This document shows positions 62,015-64,000 of a stretch of DNA of 64,000 nucleotides, one piece after another. Numbering within the stretch: position 1 is the stretch's first letter; the number at the start of each line of letters is the position of its first letter. Below the pieces are notes generated by a model. That model saw nothing but the letters and a program-made list of their open reading frames with translations. It was not told the DNA's origin and did no database searches. Both the position numbers and the translations under genes were made by a program. This DNA is from a bacterium (GTDB lineage Bacteria > Bacillota > DTU030 > JBMNJR01). The DNA is taken from assembly GCA_050951765.1 (NCBI GenBank), contig JBMNJR010000009.1, positions 8,547 through 72,546 on the forward strand. The letters run 5' to 3'.

Positions 62015-63709
62015 ATGATGAAAAAGAAAAGCTTTGGTCTGGTAGGATTAGTGGTATTGGTGATTGTAGCCTTGGTTGCGCCAGTGGTGATGGCTGCACC
62101 TCCCCCGTGGGCGGCAGCAGCCAAGAAGGCAAAGTTTACCGATTTGAGAGGACATTGGGGAGAACAGATTATCGAAATGCTACAGGAACGAAATATAATC
62201 ACCGGTTATGCTGACGGTACCTTTCGTCCCGGTGCCACTGTTACCAGGGCTGAAGCATTGGTAATGGTCATGAATGCCCTGGATAGAAAAGGCCAACTGG
62301 ATGCCGATTTGGATGAGTATGAGTTCCCCGATGTTTATATGAAGCATTATAAACAAGCGCTTTGGGCTGTAAAGCATTTGGCCGCAGCATTGGAAAATGA
62401 TATCATATCCCCGGCGGAAATTGCCAATTTCCGGCCGCAACAGGTGGCTAAACGTTACGAGGTTGCCGTATGGTTGTCCAGGGCGTTAAAATTAATGGGT
62501 GTAGAGTCTAAAGTAACTGATAGTGTTTTGGAAGACTATGGTGACTTCATGAACATACCCGGCCATGCCAAAAAATGTATTGCTGCACTGGTAATCAACG
62601 GAATTATGCAAGGTGATGGTTTTGGTTATCTGAAGCCGCTACAACCAATAACCCGGGCGGAAATGGCGGCTTTAATTGCCAAGTTTATCGGCAATGCCGA
62701 TGTGCCGGATGATGAGGATGACGAGGACGAAGCTGAGGATGAGGAAGTAGCAACTGCTTTTTGGGGTGCGGTATGGTCAAGAAATGCCGATGATCATGAA
62801 ATCTGCGTTTTAACTAAAGATGGTCCGCAATGGTTTGCCATTGAAACTGATCGGATTTTTGCCCTTAAAAATGGCAGGCAAAGAGGCAAGTTAAGCTTTG
62901 CCGATATTTTGCCGGATACTTTAGTTTATTTAGAGTTGAATGAGGATGATGAGGTAATATATGTAGGAGTTTGCTGTGATGAAGATCAAGAATATACAGG
63001 TACGATTATTGGACAATATGTTGATACAGAAGAGGTTTTCCGTCGCCAGGCTGTTTATGTAGCCATTGAAACTGAGGATGAAGAAGAGATGACCTTTTTG
63101 CTGCGCAGCGGTACTGACTTTGAAGGAACAGGAATTGACAAAGCCGAAGATTTGCGGGAAGGTATGGAGATCGTAATAACTGCAGCCGGCGGAATCGCAG
63201 TTGAGGTTGCAACGGTAGAAGATCTATTTGAAGGAGAATTAGTAAGGATTAACGAGCGAATTAATGAATACAAAATTGATGATCAATGGTTTTTATTAAA
63301 AGAAAATGCACCGGTTAAAATTAACGGCAGGACTAAAGAAAGGGATGATCTGGCTGCCGGCCTATATGTTGAAGTAATAGCATCCGGTGCTTGGGTATTG
63401 AATGTAGAGGCATGGACACCGGCAAAAGGGAAAGTATTAGGTTATCGGACAGTAAATGATGATGTCAGGCTAATATTGGATAATACAAAAACCACAGACA
63501 ATAAGGCATTGGTATATACCTTGGATGAAAATGCATTGGTTTTCATCGCAGGTAAGCAGGCGCGGTTGGCGGCATTACTGGATTATATCGATGGTCGCAA
63601 TTACACAGGCACAGAAAAGCCGGAAGTTTATGTTACCATCTGCCACAAAGGTGACAATATAGCTTATCGAGTATATGCTACCCGTGACCAGCAAGTTGAG
63701 AGCCGGTAA
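62015..63709 (+). CDS. S-layer homology (SLH) domain surface protein
   Basis: Signal peptide, FTDLRGHW, GYADGTFRP..TRAE, ITRAEMA; ATG after GGAGGAGG. Confidence 0.9.
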   Translation: MMKKKSFGLVGLVVLVIVALVAPVVMAAPPPWAAAAKKAKFTDLRGHWGEQIIEMLQERNIITGYADGTFRPGATVTRAEALVMVMNALDRKGQLDADLDEYEFPDVYMKHYKQALWAVKHLAAALENDIISPAEIANFRPQQVAKRYEVAVWLSRALKLMGVESKVTDSVLEDYGDFMNIPGHAKKCIAALVINGIMQGDGFGYLKPLQPITRAEMAALIAKFIGNADVPDDEDDEDEAEDEEVATAFWGAVWSRNADDHEICVLTKDGPQWFAIETDRIFALKNGRQRGKLSFADILPDTLVYLELNEDDEVIYVGVCCDEDQEYTGTIIGQYVDTEEVFRRQAVYVAIETEDEEEMTFLLRSGTDFEGTGIDKAEDLREGMEIVITAAGGIAVEVATVEDLFEGELVRINERINEYKIDDQWFLLKENAPVKINGRTKERDDLAAGLYVEVIASGAWVLNVEAWTPAKGKVLGYRTVNDDVRLILDNTKTTDNKALVYTLDENALVFIAGKQARLAALLDYIDGRNYTGTEKPEVYVTICHKGDNIAYRVYATRDQQVESR

Positions 63710-63899
63710 CCACCGGCTCTTTACTTATTAATGGCAGATAAAAGTGTTAACAGGATAGCGTGTTCCTGCTCAGCGGCCATGCGAGAGGAATGTTAGTTTT
63801 TTCAGCATGGGTAAAAAGCAGGAATTTTCCCCCTAGGGACAGAACCATGCAGGGAATGGGCGAAAATTCCAGGATAACCTGTTAAGGAGGCATACTAAT

Positions 63900-64000
63900 A
63901 TGGTGAGAGGAAAAAACATGTTGCTGCTGCTGTTCCTTATTTTTCTGCTTTTGTGGGGTCAGGGAGGCGTAGCATTGGGAGCGACAAAATTTAGTGACAT
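63900..64000 (+). CDS. Secreted, probably SLH-domain protein (3' truncated by window)
   Basis: AAGGAGG RBS; MVRGKNMLLLLFLIFLLLWGQGGVALGATKFSD. Confidence 0.65.
   Translation, partial: MVRGKNMLLLLFLIFLLLWGQGGVALGATKFSD

Overview
Chromosomal segment of an endospore-forming, S-layer-bearing Bacillota (Clostridia-like: yabG, veg, SPOCS/SipL, SLH genes, sigK/sigH/sigI-like promoters). Layout: 1-14.7 kb is an AT-rich cell-surface polysaccharide locus (WcaJ-type transferase, MurJ, GalU, PGM, cupin PGI, TupA-like ATP-grasp, GT4s, Wzy/ligase, Ugd, epimerase). It is followed by housekeeping genes (iscS-thiI, rnj, ttcA, trkAH, feoAB+MntR, hom), a spore-coat cluster with three SPOCS genes, an RND efflux pair and SLH genes. 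Two complete IS elements are present. One is IS110, whose ends would form a TTGACT-N17-TATAGT promoter on circularisation upstream of a ~425-nt non-coding end (bridge-RNA candidate). The other is ISLre2 with a 9-bp TSD. Non-coding signals missing from the ORF track: a 6S-like RNA, a REP-like palindrome family (two near-identical copies bracket rubrerythrin), a structured sigH-driven leader before an HD-GYP gene, an operator shared by tetR and the efflux operon, and relics of hcp and an MNT-HEPN toxin-antitoxin pair. The frameshifts seen are all explained by inserted bases and are probably long-read errors. No CRISPR, rRNA, tRNA or prophage was seen. I found no unambiguous wholly new system; the best leads are listed in findings. 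All calls are by eye, without database searches.
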